Source of the DNA: Abditibacteriaceae bacterium
GTDB taxonomy: Bacteria; Armatimonadota; Abditibacteriia; Abditibacteriales; Abditibacteriaceae
DNA length: 64,000 nucleotides
Assembly (NCBI GenBank): GCA_965277285.1
Contig: OZ255721.1
Coordinates: forward strand, 896,001 to 960,000
Direction of reading: 5' to 3'
A program made the translations under genes and the position numbers. The notes below the pieces were generated by a model, which did no database searches, was not told where the DNA came from, and worked only from the letters and a program-made list of their open reading frames with translations. Shown here one piece after another: positions 1 to 10,041 of the stretch (positions within the stretch are counted from its first letter, which is position 1; the number at the start of each line of letters is the position of its first letter).

Positions 1-682
1 GAGCGCCAGCGAACACCATTTGTCGATTGCCATTGCGGTCGTTTTGTTCGCGTCCTACGTCTGCACGCTGGTTTTTTCGCTGATCACGCACCGCGAAATG
101 TATGTCGCTAAAGTCGAGCACGACGCCGAACAGGAAGCGTGCGCCGCCGACGAAGAAAGCGGTCACGAACGCTGGAGCAAGGGCAAAGCGATTGGCGTTT
201 TAGTCGCGGCCACGCTCGCCGTAACCGTGATGTCGGAGTTCTTGACGAGCACCGTTGAAGCCGCGCGCGTTTCGCTGGGCCTAACAGAAGTGTTCGTCGG
301 CGTGATCGTCGTCGCCATTATTGGCAACGCGGCGGAAAATTCGTCGGCGATTTTGATGGCCTTGCGCAACAAAATGGATTTGAGCCTGGGCATCGCCATC
401 GGTTCAAGTATGCAAATCGCGCTCTTCGTGGCGCCGGTTCTGGTCTTTGCGTCGTATTTGATGGGTCGCCCGATGAGTCTGGAATTCACCACGCCCGAAA
501 TCGTGGCCGTCATCGTCGCCGTCGTCATCACCAGCCAAATCGCGGGCGATGGCGAAAGCAACTGGCTCGAAGGCATTCAACTTTTGTCGGTTTATCTCGT
601 GCTGGCGATTTTGTTTTTCTTTCTGCCAGAAACGCATCAAGTCGCGCAAAACGCAATGACGCAAAACGCCGTCGCGCATTGA
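1..682 (+). CDS. cax: Ca2+/H+ antiporter (CaCA/Cax family), 5' end outside window
   Basis: Multi-TM protein with GNAAE and [23 protein letters not shown] alpha-repeat motifs, and C-terminal DGESNWLEG. Confidence 0.9.
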   Translation, partial: SASEHHLSIAIAVVLFASYVCTLVFSLITHREMYVAKVEHDAEQEACAADEESGHERWSKGKAIGVLVAATLAVTVMSEFLTSTVEAARVSLGLTEVFVGVIVVAIIGNAAENSSAILMALRNKMDLSLGIAIGSSMQIALFVAPVLVFASYLMGRPMSLEFTTPEIVAVIVAVVITSQIAGDGESNWLEGIQLLSVYLVLAILFFFLPETHQVAQNAMTQNAVAH

Positions 683-684
683 TT

Positions 685-785
685 GTAGGGGCGAGCCGCT
701 GGCTCGCCCTTTCCTGTCACTTGCCCTTTGGTTCACTTGATTTTCGGTTCGCGCAATTTCGGGCGAGCCAGCGGCTTGCCCCTAC
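685..785. repeat. GTAG-type REP doublet (REPIN): GTAGGGGCGAGCCGCTGGCTCGCCC plus inverted copy
   Basis: Copies at 685-709 and 761-785; a single further copy at 4712-4736. Confidence 0.85.
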
Positions 786-788
786 GTT

Positions 789-1433
789 ATGACTTCGAGT
801 ACTCGATTGCAGCCATTAGCGCGCAATTTTTATCTGCAGCCAACCGCCCAAGTCGCGCAAAATCTGCTCGGACATTATCTTCTGCGGCGCATCGGCGACC
901 AATTGTGCGGCGGATTGATTGTCGAAACCGAAGCGTATTTAGTGGACGATCCTTCGTGTCACGCGTATGTGAGAAAATCGCCGCGCAATGCCTCGATGTG
1001 GGGCGAAATGGGGCGCGCTTACGTTTATCAAATTTATGGCGCGCACTTTTGCTTTAACGCGGTTTGCCAAGTTGAAGGAACAGCCGAAGCGGTTCTCGTG
1101 CGCGCCATTGAGCCAACGTTTGACGTTGAAACGATGCAGCAATTTCGCACAGCGAAAACCTTGCGCGATTTGACGAATGGCCCGGCCAAGTTTTGTCAGG
1201 CATTAAATATCACCAAAGCGCTGGATGGCGTTGACCTTTGCGACATCGATTCGCCGCTTTTTATCGCGCAAAATCCTGAACGCGAAGAAGCGCTTCGAGT
1301 ACTCGAACCTGTGATTACGACGACGCGCATTGGCATCACCAAAGCGGTTGATTGGCCGCTGCGCTTTTATTTAGACAAAAGCGAATATGTGTCGCGGCGC
1401 GTTAAAAGAACCCAGAGCATCAGCGACGGGTGA
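789..1433 (+). CDS. mpg: DNA-3-methyladenine glycosylase (MPG/AAG family)
   Basis: IVETEAY, AYVYxIYGxHxCFN, AVLVRAIEP, TNGPAK and RIGI motifs. Confidence 0.92.
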   Translation: MTSSTRLQPLARNFYLQPTAQVAQNLLGHYLLRRIGDQLCGGLIVETEAYLVDDPSCHAYVRKSPRNASMWGEMGRAYVYQIYGAHFCFNAVCQVEGTAEAVLVRAIEPTFDVETMQQFRTAKTLRDLTNGPAKFCQALNITKALDGVDLCDIDSPLFIAQNPEREEALRVLEPVITTTRIGITKAVDWPLRFYLDKSEYVSRRVKRTQSISDG

Positions 1434-1488
1434 AATTATACCGACATCAAACTATTAGTTCACCCGTCGCTGATGCTCTGGGTTCTTT
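1405..1488. repeat. Inverted-repeat element, REP-like (AACCCAGAGCATCAGCGACGGGTGAA arms)
   Basis: 30-bp perfect arms; related elements at 38645-38723, 19377-19445 and about 2585-2655. Confidence 0.75.
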
Positions 1489-1560
1489 GTGCCATCATTC
1501 CCGCGCCGTGCTAAACTGCCCGCCCGACTTCAATCCCGTTTCGAGTACTCGATAACCATT

Positions 1561-2559
1561 ATGGAAGAACAACTCGCGCAACTGGAAACGCGCGCCACAC
1601 ACGACATTTCAAACGCCAAAACGCTCACGGAATTGGACGCCGCGCGCGTGCAGTTCATGGGCAAAAAAGGCGAACTGACCAGCATTTTGCGCGGCATGGG
1701 ACAAGTTTCCGCCGAAGATCGCCCGCGTATCGGAAGTCTTGTCAACACCACGCGCGAAACGTTGGAATCACTTTTAGACAATCGCAAAACCGCTTTGGCG
1801 CAGGCCGAACGCGACGCGGCATTGTCATCGGAAACCATTGATGTGACGTTGCCCGCGTCCGCGATGCCGTTTGGCAAGCGCCATCCTTTGACGCAAACAA
1901 TGGACGACATCGTGCGCATTTTTTCGCAGTTGGGCTACGGCGTGATGGAAGGCCCCGAAGTCGAAACCGAATATTACAACTTCGATGCGCTCAACATCGG
2001 GCCGGATCATCCCGCGCGCGATGAACGCGATTCGCTGTATGTCGCGCCCGGCATCGTGCTGCGCACCGAAACGTCCGCCGTGCAAATTCGCACCATGGAA
2101 AGCCGCCAGCCGCCCGTCAAAATTATCGCGCCGGGTCGCGTTTACAGGCGCGATGCCGTTGATCGCACGCATTCGCCGATGTTTCATCAAGTTGAAGGTT
2201 TGTTGGTTGACCGCGACGTGAGTTTCGCCGATTTGAAAGGCACGCTCACCACGTTTTTGACACAGCTTTTTGATGCCTTACCTGGTTCCGGCGGCTTAAA
2301 AACGCGCTTTCGCCCGCACTATTTCCCGTTCACCGAACCCAGTGCCGAGTTCGATGTATTCTTCAACGGCGGCTGGCTGGAACTGGGCGGCTGCGGCATG
2401 GTTCATCCCAAAGTGCTGGAAAACGTCGGCTACGACGCGGAAAAATATACAGGTTTCGCGTTCGGTTTCGGCATCGAGCGCATGGCGATGATCAAGTTCG
2501 GCATCGACGATATTCGCCTGTTCTACGAAAATGATCTGCGATTCCTCAACCAATTCTAA
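1561..2559 (+). CDS. pheS: Phenylalanine--tRNA ligase alpha subunit
   Basis: HPARDxxD, LRTETS, GRVYRRD, FHQVEG, YFPFTEPSAE and GFAFGFGIER; start taken at MEEQL. Confidence 0.97.
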   Translation: MEEQLAQLETRATHDISNAKTLTELDAARVQFMGKKGELTSILRGMGQVSAEDRPRIGSLVNTTRETLESLLDNRKTALAQAERDAALSSETIDVTLPASAMPFGKRHPLTQTMDDIVRIFSQLGYGVMEGPEVETEYYNFDALNIGPDHPARDERDSLYVAPGIVLRTETSAVQIRTMESRQPPVKIIAPGRVYRRDAVDRTHSPMFHQVEGLLVDRDVSFADLKGTLTTFLTQLFDALPGSGGLKTRFRPHYFPFTEPSAEFDVFFNGGWLELGGCGMVHPKVLENVGYDAEKYTGFAFGFGIERMAMIKFGIDDIRLFYENDLRFLNQF

Positions 2560-2679
2560 TTCGAGTACTGCTTTCTCCAACCAACCGCGCGCGGAAGCAA
2601 GCGGGCTTCTATCAGCGATGATGTAACTCAACAAGCCCGCTTGCTTCCGCGCGGCTGATTGAACATCCTCTTATTTCCT

Positions 2680-4701
2680 ATGCGAATTTCTTCCCAATGG
2701 CTCGGCGATTACGTCGCGGTGCCCGAAAACGACGCGCTCGCGCACTTGTTTGAAATGGCTGGTTTGGGCGTCGAAAACCGTGATAATGATGTGTTTTCGC
2801 TTGAAGTCACCTCCAATCGTGGCGATTGCTTGAGCGCCGTTGGAATTGCGCGCGAAATTGCGGCGATGACCGGCAAAACCTCGCGCCTTCCCAACCCGAA
2901 AATCGAGGACGAAGCGAGCGCGCCGTCGGCGACCGTCGAAATCGAAAACGCGGAAGATTGTCCGCGTTACGCGTGTCGTTTGATTGAAAATGTTCAGCTT
3001 GGCGCCTCGCCCGATTGGATGCAACAGCGACTTATCGAATGCGGAATGCGACCTTTGAACGTTGTCGTGGACATCACCAATTACGTGATGTTGGAGTTGG
3101 GTCAGCCTTTGCACGCCTTTGACGCAGATCGAGTACTCGATTCGCAAGTTGTGGTGCGTCGCGCGCGCGCTGGAGAAAAGTTGACGACTTTGGATGATGT
3201 CGAACGCGAACTGAACCCCGAAGTTTTGCTAATCGCTGACCGAGAAAAAGCGATTGGAATTGCGGGCGTGATGGGTGGGCGCGATTCGGAAATCACGGAA
3301 AATACGCGTCGCATTTTGCTGGAAAGCGCGCATTTCGCTCCTTCACGCGTGCGTCGTGGCGCGCGTTCACTGGGCTTGAATACTGAAGCCAGCCGTCGTT
3401 TTGAACGCACCGTTGACCCGAACGGCGTTCTGCGCGCCCTCAATCGCGCAGCGGAACTTTTGGTTCAACACGCGAATGGAAAATTGACGGGCGCGCCAGT
3501 TGATATGAACCTGAAACCGATTTCAGCGCAGCAAATTACATTGCGCGTCGCGCGCTGCAACGCGGTTTTAGGCTTGAAACTGTCGAGCGAAACGGTCGCG
3601 CAAACGCTGGAGAAGTTGACTTTCAAAGTAACGCCGCAAAGCGAAGGTGTTTTGCAGGTGACAGTTCCCACGTTTCGCGCCGACATCACGCGCGAAATCG
3701 ATTTGATTGAAGAAGTCGCGCGCATTTACGGCTACGACAAAGTCCCGACGACCTTGCCGCGCGGCGTCAATCCGACAGCGGGAAGAAGCTTGTCGCAACG
3801 CTTGGAAGAACGTGCCAAAAGCGCGGTTTTGCGCTGCGGCTTGAACGAAATCGTCACACTTTCGATGACCAATGGCGCGGCGCACGAACGCGCCGGTTTG
3901 CCGCTCGAAAAAGCTGTGACGTTGCGCAATCCCCTTTCGGAAGATTTCACGCAATTGCGCACCAGCCTCCTTCCCAGCTTGCTCGATGTCTTGTCAAAAA
4001 ATCGTCTGAGCGGCGCACGCGTCTTCGAGTTGGGGCGCGTTTATCTGCCGCAAGAAGGTCAGGCGCAACCGAGCGAATGTCGACGTTTGGGAATGGCAAT
4101 CATGGACGCAGCGAGCGGTTCGCGCGGCGATTCGAGTACTCGTTCGACCGATTTCTTCGCCTTAAAAGCCGTTGTGAAAACCGCGTTATGGGAATTGGGC
4201 GCGCCGAAAATCCATTTTCGCCAGGCGACACGCGCACCGTTTCATCCGGGACGCTGCGCCGTTTTGTCGATTGACAGCCAGGACATCGGCGTGATGGGCG
4301 AAGTGCATCCTGAAATCCGCGCGCGCTACGACTTGTCGCAACGCGCTTACATCGCGGTTTTGGACTTCGACATCGTGGCGCGTCACGTCGATCTGCTGAA
4401 ACCTTACGCGCCGATCTCGCGTTTTCCTCTGGTCGAGCGCGACCTCGCTCTGGTCTTGAACGATGACGTTGCCGCCGCGCGCGTCGAAAGCACGTTGCGC
4501 AACGCGGGCGGCGAATTGTTGCGCGAAGCTCGCGTTTTCGATGTTTACAAAGGCGCACCGATTCCCGAAACGCAGAAAAGCATGGCGATTGCGCTGCGTT
4601 TTCAATCGAACGACCGCACCTTGAAAGACGAAGAAGTCGAAGAATTGATGACGCGCTTGCGCCAAGCCGCACAAACCGAACTGGGCGCGACGTTGCGCTA
4701 A
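2680..4701 (+). CDS. pheT: Phenylalanine--tRNA ligase beta subunit (short form)
   Basis: NRGDCLS, NVVVDITNYVMLELGQPLHAFD, DLIEEVARIYGY and C-terminal anticodon-binding domain; follows pheS. Confidence 0.95.
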   Translation: MRISSQWLGDYVAVPENDALAHLFEMAGLGVENRDNDVFSLEVTSNRGDCLSAVGIAREIAAMTGKTSRLPNPKIEDEASAPSATVEIENAEDCPRYACRLIENVQLGASPDWMQQRLIECGMRPLNVVVDITNYVMLELGQPLHAFDADRVLDSQVVVRRARAGEKLTTLDDVERELNPEVLLIADREKAIGIAGVMGGRDSEITENTRRILLESAHFAPSRVRRGARSLGLNTEASRRFERTVDPNGVLRALNRAAELLVQHANGKLTGAPVDMNLKPISAQQITLRVARCNAVLGLKLSSETVAQTLEKLTFKVTPQSEGVLQVTVPTFRADITREIDLIEEVARIYGYDKVPTTLPRGVNPTAGRSLSQRLEERAKSAVLRCGLNEIVTLSMTNGAAHERAGLPLEKAVTLRNPLSEDFTQLRTSLLPSLLDVLSKNRLSGARVFELGRVYLPQEGQAQPSECRRLGMAIMDAASGSRGDSSTRSTDFFALKAVVKTALWELGAPKIHFRQATRAPFHPGRCAVLSIDSQDIGVMGEVHPEIRARYDLSQRAYIAVLDFDIVARHVDLLKPYAPISRFPLVERDLALVLNDDVAAARVESTLRNAGGELLREARVFDVYKGAPIPETQKSMAIALRFQSNDRTLKDEEVEELMTRLRQAAQTELGATLR

Positions 4702-4818
4702 ATTGTCGTTTGTAGGGGCGAGCCGCTGGCTCGCCCTTTCGTTTTCACACAATCGAGTACTCGATCCTTTAGAATCCGTTTGCATCGCAGAAAACAACGT
4801 TTTTTCAACGTTGGAAAG

Positions 4819-4900
4819 GTGACAGTTTGTCATTCTGAGTGAAACGAAGAATCTGGCTGAAGTTAGATTCTTCGTTTCACTCAGAATGACAAACTGTCAC
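4819..4900. repeat. GTCATTCTGAG...CTCAGAATGAC palindromic element
   Basis: Long perfect hairpin; family members at 9930-10001, 37638-37706 (degenerate), 58053-58120 and 60540-60588. Confidence 0.85.
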
Positions 4901-4952
4901 TTTTCACATATCTCAAACCAATTTATAGAATAAATCGTGTGCTGAGGAATTT

Positions 4953-6002
4953 ATGCGTTCTGCCAAAGTATTCGTTTTCTGTTTGCTGGCGCTCGCCGTT
5001 CCACTCAAAGCGGCGCCAATCGACGTACCGCAAGGCGATCTCGAAGCCTTCGATACGGCGCCCGCGAGCCTTTTGCCGCCAGTGCCCGCGTCGCAGCGTT
5101 TGGTTGGCGTGGCTTATACGACGTGGCATCAATCTACTAAGTGGACAAACGTGTGGGGAACGCCGCAAGGTGGTTTCTACAAGTCCGATGATCGCGCTGT
5201 GATTTGGCGTCATGGCGAGGAATTGGCCGCTGCTGGCGTCGATTTTCTGTGGATCGATTGGTCGAATGACATCGGCTACGTTTACAATCCGGCGACGCCA
5301 CGTCCCGATTTCGACATGATCGAAGGCGCGACATTCACAGTCTTCGATGAGTTCGCCGCCATGCGCCGCGAAGGGAAAAAGACGCCCAATATCAGCCTCT
5401 TTCTGGGCACTCCCGACATCGTGCAAGCCGCTGCTGACGGTCGCTTGCAGCGCAAGGCCGACCAGATTTGGAACCAGTTCGTCGCCAATCCGCTTTATCG
5501 TCCTCTGGTGCAACAACTCGATGGCAAGCCTTTGCTGGTCGTTTATGCCGGCACGCCGTCGCCCGTGCAAAACGGCGTGCCGCAATGGAACGATCCACGT
5601 TTCACCGTGCGCTGGATGACCGGTTTCATCACGCAGCAACACGCGTTGATGACGCCGAACCTGGTCAGCAAATATGGTTATTGGTCGTGGGAAGATCGCG
5701 GGCCGCAAACGTATGCGGTCGTCAACGGCCAGCCCGAAGCGATGACGATTGTCGCCACCTGGCGCGATGACGCGGAATCGCGCACGCCAGGACGACACAA
5801 TGGCGAAACGTTTCGCCGCGAATGGGAACGCGCCCGCAAAATCGGGCCGAAGTTCGCTCTGGTCGTTTCGTGGAACGAATGGACGCGCGGCGAGCAACCC
5901 AGCGCCGAAATCAGCAAAGACCTTGAACCCTCGCGCGAATTTGGCCGCTTCTACCTCGATCTGCTGGGGAAAGAAATCGCGCTTTTCAAGAACGGGAAAT
6001 AA
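4953..6002 (+). CDS. Secreted putative glycoside hydrolase (GH99/GH71-like barrel)
   Basis: Signal peptide; GxYxSxD..H...L..AGVDF..IDW, DGKPLL and SWNEW motifs. Confidence 0.6.
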   Translation: MRSAKVFVFCLLALAVPLKAAPIDVPQGDLEAFDTAPASLLPPVPASQRLVGVAYTTWHQSTKWTNVWGTPQGGFYKSDDRAVIWRHGEELAAAGVDFLWIDWSNDIGYVYNPATPRPDFDMIEGATFTVFDEFAAMRREGKKTPNISLFLGTPDIVQAAADGRLQRKADQIWNQFVANPLYRPLVQQLDGKPLLVVYAGTPSPVQNGVPQWNDPRFTVRWMTGFITQQHALMTPNLVSKYGYWSWEDRGPQTYAVVNGQPEAMTIVATWRDDAESRTPGRHNGETFRREWERARKIGPKFALVVSWNEWTRGEQPSAEISKDLEPSREFGRFYLDLLGKEIALFKNGK

Positions 6003-6099
6003 CCAGAAATTCGCCAATCAAGTACTCAAGTCTTCGAGTACTCGCTATTTTTCATAGTCTCTAATAAAATATAGGCAATTTGGACGAGGTGCGTGAGCA

Positions 6100-7725
6100 A
6101 TGGATATTCAAGTCTTCGAGAATGGAAAACAGTCTTTAGAAGCGATTACAAAGGCCGCCGCAAATGCGCGCAAAATCCTTATCGGCGTTGCTTATATCAC
6201 AAAAAGCGGATTAGATTCGCTGCTCCCCTACTTCACTAAAGATGATGGTCGAAAGATTGTCTTTTTGTGTGGCATTGGTGACCTTAACGCACATGATCCC
6301 GCTGCGTTGAACCACCTGCGACAGTTATCCATTAAAAAGAAATTGGAATTCGCCATTGTACCCGATGCCGCCGGAATTTTTCATCCCAAGTTTTATTTTT
6401 TTGATAACGGGCAAACCGTTGATATTTTCATAGGATCGCCGAACCTAACAGGCCGCGCCTTTTCAAACAACATCGAATGCCTCGTCCATATTTCGGTCAG
6501 CCCTTCACATCCATTTGCCAAAGAGTGTGTAAAGCTGTTTTCTCAATGGCAAGTCAAATCGAAAAATCCAGATACAGCAGTTAGGCACCTTGTACAATTT
6601 GCAGAACGATTGAAAGAAGCAGAGTCGTCGCGGCTGCTATACGAACAGTTTCTCAAAGGTGCATCACCCACCATCTTTGAGCCGACGACAACCACATTCT
6701 CGTCGCAAGATCGCGTTTGCGCGTTAGCTAACAATGGTTTTATCTGCGATACAAACTTCTCGATGTCATCTTTTCATATACCTATTCCTTCACGTCTTAC
6801 TTTGATCTCGACTTCCGGTACCAAAATCAAGCCAAGCGGAATAAAAACGGGTAACTTGGTTGTAGTAGATGGAGGAAAATCAATCTACTGGGATCTCCTC
6901 AATCCCAAGGAAAGACAAGACCTCAAAAAATTGGCATATAGCGCCGGATTTGGCCCTCAGGAATTTGGATTTCGCACTCCTTGGGGCTTCTTCGTTCCCG
7001 AAGAAAAGTTTCCCGAGTGGATAGGGTGGATGAAGCTTACTGATGAAAAAACGCAGGAATTCGTACAAACGTCGCTCAAGAATATCTTAGTCAGGCAGAC
7101 TTCCATTAACACGAAGTTCAAACAAGAATTTCAAGCCCGTTTCCCAAAAGCGAAAAGCGCGCAGGTCACCGAAGCAACGCTCATAGTAAAAGAATCTTTG
7201 GCAGAACTCAAAAAATCTCATCAGCATGAGCGCGCTTTCAATCCCACATGGCGTCCGACGATGGTGTATTCGTCTGGCCAATGGCTTTCTACACTTGATA
7301 ATTCTGCGTTGTCTCAATACGCGGAGAAAATGGCCGACGCGGTTTTCGTGAACAACTTGGCCGAGTTCGCCATTGAGGCCAGCCGAAAAACGCGAGCGTC
7401 AATCCCGGTTCTAAGTCAGGGAGCAATGAAAACGACTTGTGAATCTGCATTAGGCAAAGCGAAGTCGTGGAACATCTACGGCGATAAAAAGCTGCAAGCG
7501 CAATGCGACGAATTGGATCGCATCATTAAGCGTATGCCTGGCACTCGCTCGCGGTTGAGCAAAGAAGAATTGAAAAAACGTCAAGCAGAAATTGCTCAGA
7601 AGATTGTGAACCTGAACGTCCGTTCTGCGGAAATGACGCAAGAAGTTAACGATTGGAAAGCACTTCCACCGAAAAAGATTTTAGCCAGCTTTATAAGCAC
7701 GCTATCGCCCGATGATAGTCTGTAA
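6100..7725 (+). CDS. PLD/HKD-family nuclease domain protein with uncharacterised C-terminus
   Basis: N-terminal VAYITKSG, FHPKFYFFD and GSPNLT...NIE; visibly more AT-rich than neighbours. Confidence 0.7.
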   Translation: MDIQVFENGKQSLEAITKAAANARKILIGVAYITKSGLDSLLPYFTKDDGRKIVFLCGIGDLNAHDPAALNHLRQLSIKKKLEFAIVPDAAGIFHPKFYFFDNGQTVDIFIGSPNLTGRAFSNNIECLVHISVSPSHPFAKECVKLFSQWQVKSKNPDTAVRHLVQFAERLKEAESSRLLYEQFLKGASPTIFEPTTTTFSSQDRVCALANNGFICDTNFSMSSFHIPIPSRLTLISTSGTKIKPSGIKTGNLVVVDGGKSIYWDLLNPKERQDLKKLAYSAGFGPQEFGFRTPWGFFVPEEKFPEWIGWMKLTDEKTQEFVQTSLKNILVRQTSINTKFKQEFQARFPKAKSAQVTEATLIVKESLAELKKSHQHERAFNPTWRPTMVYSSGQWLSTLDNSALSQYAEKMADAVFVNNLAEFAIEASRKTRASIPVLSQGAMKTTCESALGKAKSWNIYGDKKLQAQCDELDRIIKRMPGTRSRLSKEELKKRQAEIAQKIVNLNVRSAEMTQEVNDWKALPPKKILASFISTLSPDDSL

Positions 7726-7761
7726 CGCATCCACGTAACCTATCGAGTACTCGATAACGGC

Positions 7762-7799
7762 AAAAAGCGCGCATTCAAACTAATGAATGCGCGCTTTTT
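7762..7799. terminator. Bidirectional intrinsic terminator
   Basis: AAAAAGCGCGCATTCA...TGAATGCGCGCTTTTT between convergent genes. Confidence 0.8.
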
Positions 7800-7825
7800 C
7801 GTCAGGGTTTTACGACTTCAGCGTT

Positions 7826-8491
7826 TTAAGACTTCAATTTCGCTTTGAACTTTTGGCGGAACTCAACAATCTCCGGCGCGATGACTTCGGCGCAATACGG
7901 TTCGTTCGGGTGCAGATTGTAATAATTGAAATGATACGCTTCCGCCGTGTAGAAGTTGGTGAACGGTTCGACAGCCGTCACAATCGGGTTTGGCCAAGCG
8001 TGCGAGGCGTTGACTTCCTTGATCGCCTGGCGCGCGATTTTGGCTTGTTCGGCGTTCTGCGCGAAAACCACCGAGCGATATTCCGGGCCGTCGTCGTTGC
8101 CCTGCAAGTTCAACGTCGTCGGGTTGCGCGCGATCAGCATCACTTGCAGCAATTCGCGGTAGGAAATCACTTTCGGGTCATACGTAATTTGAACGGTTTC
8201 AGCGTGACCGGTATCTTTCTGACAAACCTGATCGTACGTCGGCTTGACGACTTGTCCGCCCGCGTAACCTGGCACGACTTTATCGACGCCTTTGAGCTGC
8301 TTAAAAATTGCTTCCATGCTCCAGAAACAGCCAGCAGCCAGCGTTGCGACTTCGCGGCCTTGGGGAACCACGACTTTGGTCGTCGGCGTTGAACCGTTGC
8401 TTTTCGGCCTGGCGCCAACATTTTGCAACCATCCGCCCACCAAAACCATCGCCAGAACGCCCGACAACAAAACCCAACGGAAATTTTTCAT
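7826..8491 (-). CDS. msrA: Peptide-methionine (S)-S-oxide reductase with signal peptide
   Basis: GCFW, GYAGG, TGHAE and AEAYH motifs; start taken at MKNFRW. Confidence 0.93.
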   Translation of the reverse strand: MKNFRWVLLSGVLAMVLVGGWLQNVGARPKSNGSTPTTKVVVPQGREVATLAAGCFWSMEAIFKQLKGVDKVVPGYAGGQVVKPTYDQVCQKDTGHAETVQITYDPKVISYRELLQVMLIARNPTTLNLQGNDDGPEYRSVVFAQNAEQAKIARQAIKEVNASHAWPNPIVTAVEPFTNFYTAEAYHFNYYNLHPNEPYCAEVIAPEIVEFRQKFKAKLKS

Positions 8492-8758
8492 AAACACCAC
8501 GAACTCCTTTTGTGACAATTGCGACACGCTTCTAAAACACGCGCGCGCGCCGAAAGTTCCCGCTAAAAGTCGCGCCTTTCGAGTACTCGATCGCTGTTTC
8601 TCCATGTTCTCTATTGGTCATTTCATAAGCTAACTTCAGAATAATTCCAGCCGCGAGCGCCGTCTTTTCGAGAACTTAGAGAATTCTCATTCCGTCTTCC
8701 GCGACAGTTCCGAAGGGAACAACGACCAAGCAGAAAAATACACTTTGGAGGAAAAACG

Positions 8759-9649
8759 ATGAAGACACAAAAGACGCAGAAGACCGTTGTTCGCGGAATG
8801 GTGGCGGCAGTCGCTCTGGTATTGGCGGGCGGCGCTTTGCCCAAGGTCGCGCAGGCCGATACGCCGGGCGAGCATCCGCATTATTTGCACGCCTTATCCG
8901 ACTTGCGCCAGGCGCGCGCTTACATTGTCGGGCGCGACGAGAACAACGTGATGGGCGACGAAATGGATTCGCTGGTTCACATCGACAGCGCGATCCGCGA
9001 CATCAAGGGCGCTGCGATTGACGACGGCAAAAACTTGCGCGACCATTTTCCAATTGATGCCAGCCTCGGCCACAAAGATCGCCTGAAGCGCGCCCTGACT
9101 TTGATCGCTGCCGCGCACCGCGATTTGTCTTACGAAGAGGACAACAGCGCGGCTTTGAGCTGGCGCCATCGCGCTTTTGGCGATGTGGACGCGGCGTATC
9201 GCGCCGATCAGCGCGCGATTCAGGCCGATTACCGCGATGACAACGGCAACCGCAATCAAGGGCGTCATCCGCATTATTTGCACGCTTTGTCCGATCTGCG
9301 AGCCGCTCGCGCTTATGTGGTGGGCGAAGACGAGAATAACGTAATGGGCGACGAAATGGACGCATTGACGCATATCGATAGCGCGCTTGGTGACATCAAA
9401 GGCGCCGCGATTGATGATGGCAAAGACTTGCACGACCATTTCCCGATTGACACCAGTTTGCGCCACAAAGATCGCTTGAAGCGCGCTCTGGCTTTGCTGT
9501 CCGCGGCGCACCAGGATTTGTCGTTTAACGAGGACAACGGTGCGGCACGAGGCTGGCGCAATCGCGCCTTTGGCGATGTGGATGCCGCCACGCGCGCCGT
9601 TCGCCGCGCCATCTCCGATGATCACCGCGACGACCGATTCAATCAATAA
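8759..9649 (+). CDS. Secreted helical protein with two tandem ~125-aa repeats
   Basis: RBS GGAGG, signal peptide, HPHYLHALSDLR...AAIDDGKxLxDH duplicated. Confidence 0.75.
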   Translation: MKTQKTQKTVVRGMVAAVALVLAGGALPKVAQADTPGEHPHYLHALSDLRQARAYIVGRDENNVMGDEMDSLVHIDSAIRDIKGAAIDDGKNLRDHFPIDASLGHKDRLKRALTLIAAAHRDLSYEEDNSAALSWRHRAFGDVDAAYRADQRAIQADYRDDNGNRNQGRHPHYLHALSDLRAARAYVVGEDENNVMGDEMDALTHIDSALGDIKGAAIDDGKDLHDHFPIDTSLRHKDRLKRALALLSAAHQDLSFNEDNGAARGWRNRAFGDVDAATRAVRRAISDDHRDDRFNQ

Positions 9650-9667
9650 CACGAGCGCGACTTACAT

Positions 9668-9704
9668 AAACAGCGAGGAAGAAACAATCTCTTCCTCGCT
9701 GTTT
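9668..9704 (+). terminator. Intrinsic terminator
   Basis: CAGCGAGGAAGA/TCTTCCTCGCTG stem followed by TTTT. Confidence 0.7.
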
Positions 9705-10041
9705 TCATGCGTTTACCTGCTTTGTTCGAGTACTCGATTGTGCTCAAACCAGTTCCAAACGGGAACACAGAGGCTTCGCCTACACGGATTGAACGGATGA
9801 ACACGGATTTGGTTGAATTTAATTCCGATCTGTGTTTACCCGTTTAATCCGTGTCGCGCAGCGCCGTGTTCCCTGTTTTATCCAAATCTAAGAATCAGTT
9901 TGCAAAGTTCGTGATGCGTGGAAATTATTAGTTTGTCATTCTGAGCGCAGCGAAGAATCTATGTGAAGTTAGATTCTTCGCTGCGCTCAGAATGACAAAC
10001 TGCTACTTTCCAACATTGTTTTTTGCTTTGCAAACTGATTC

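Noticed and set aside
1434..1560. T-box riboswitch upstream of pheS
   Set aside because: The space is short, occupied by a repeat hairpin, and shows no T-box consensus.
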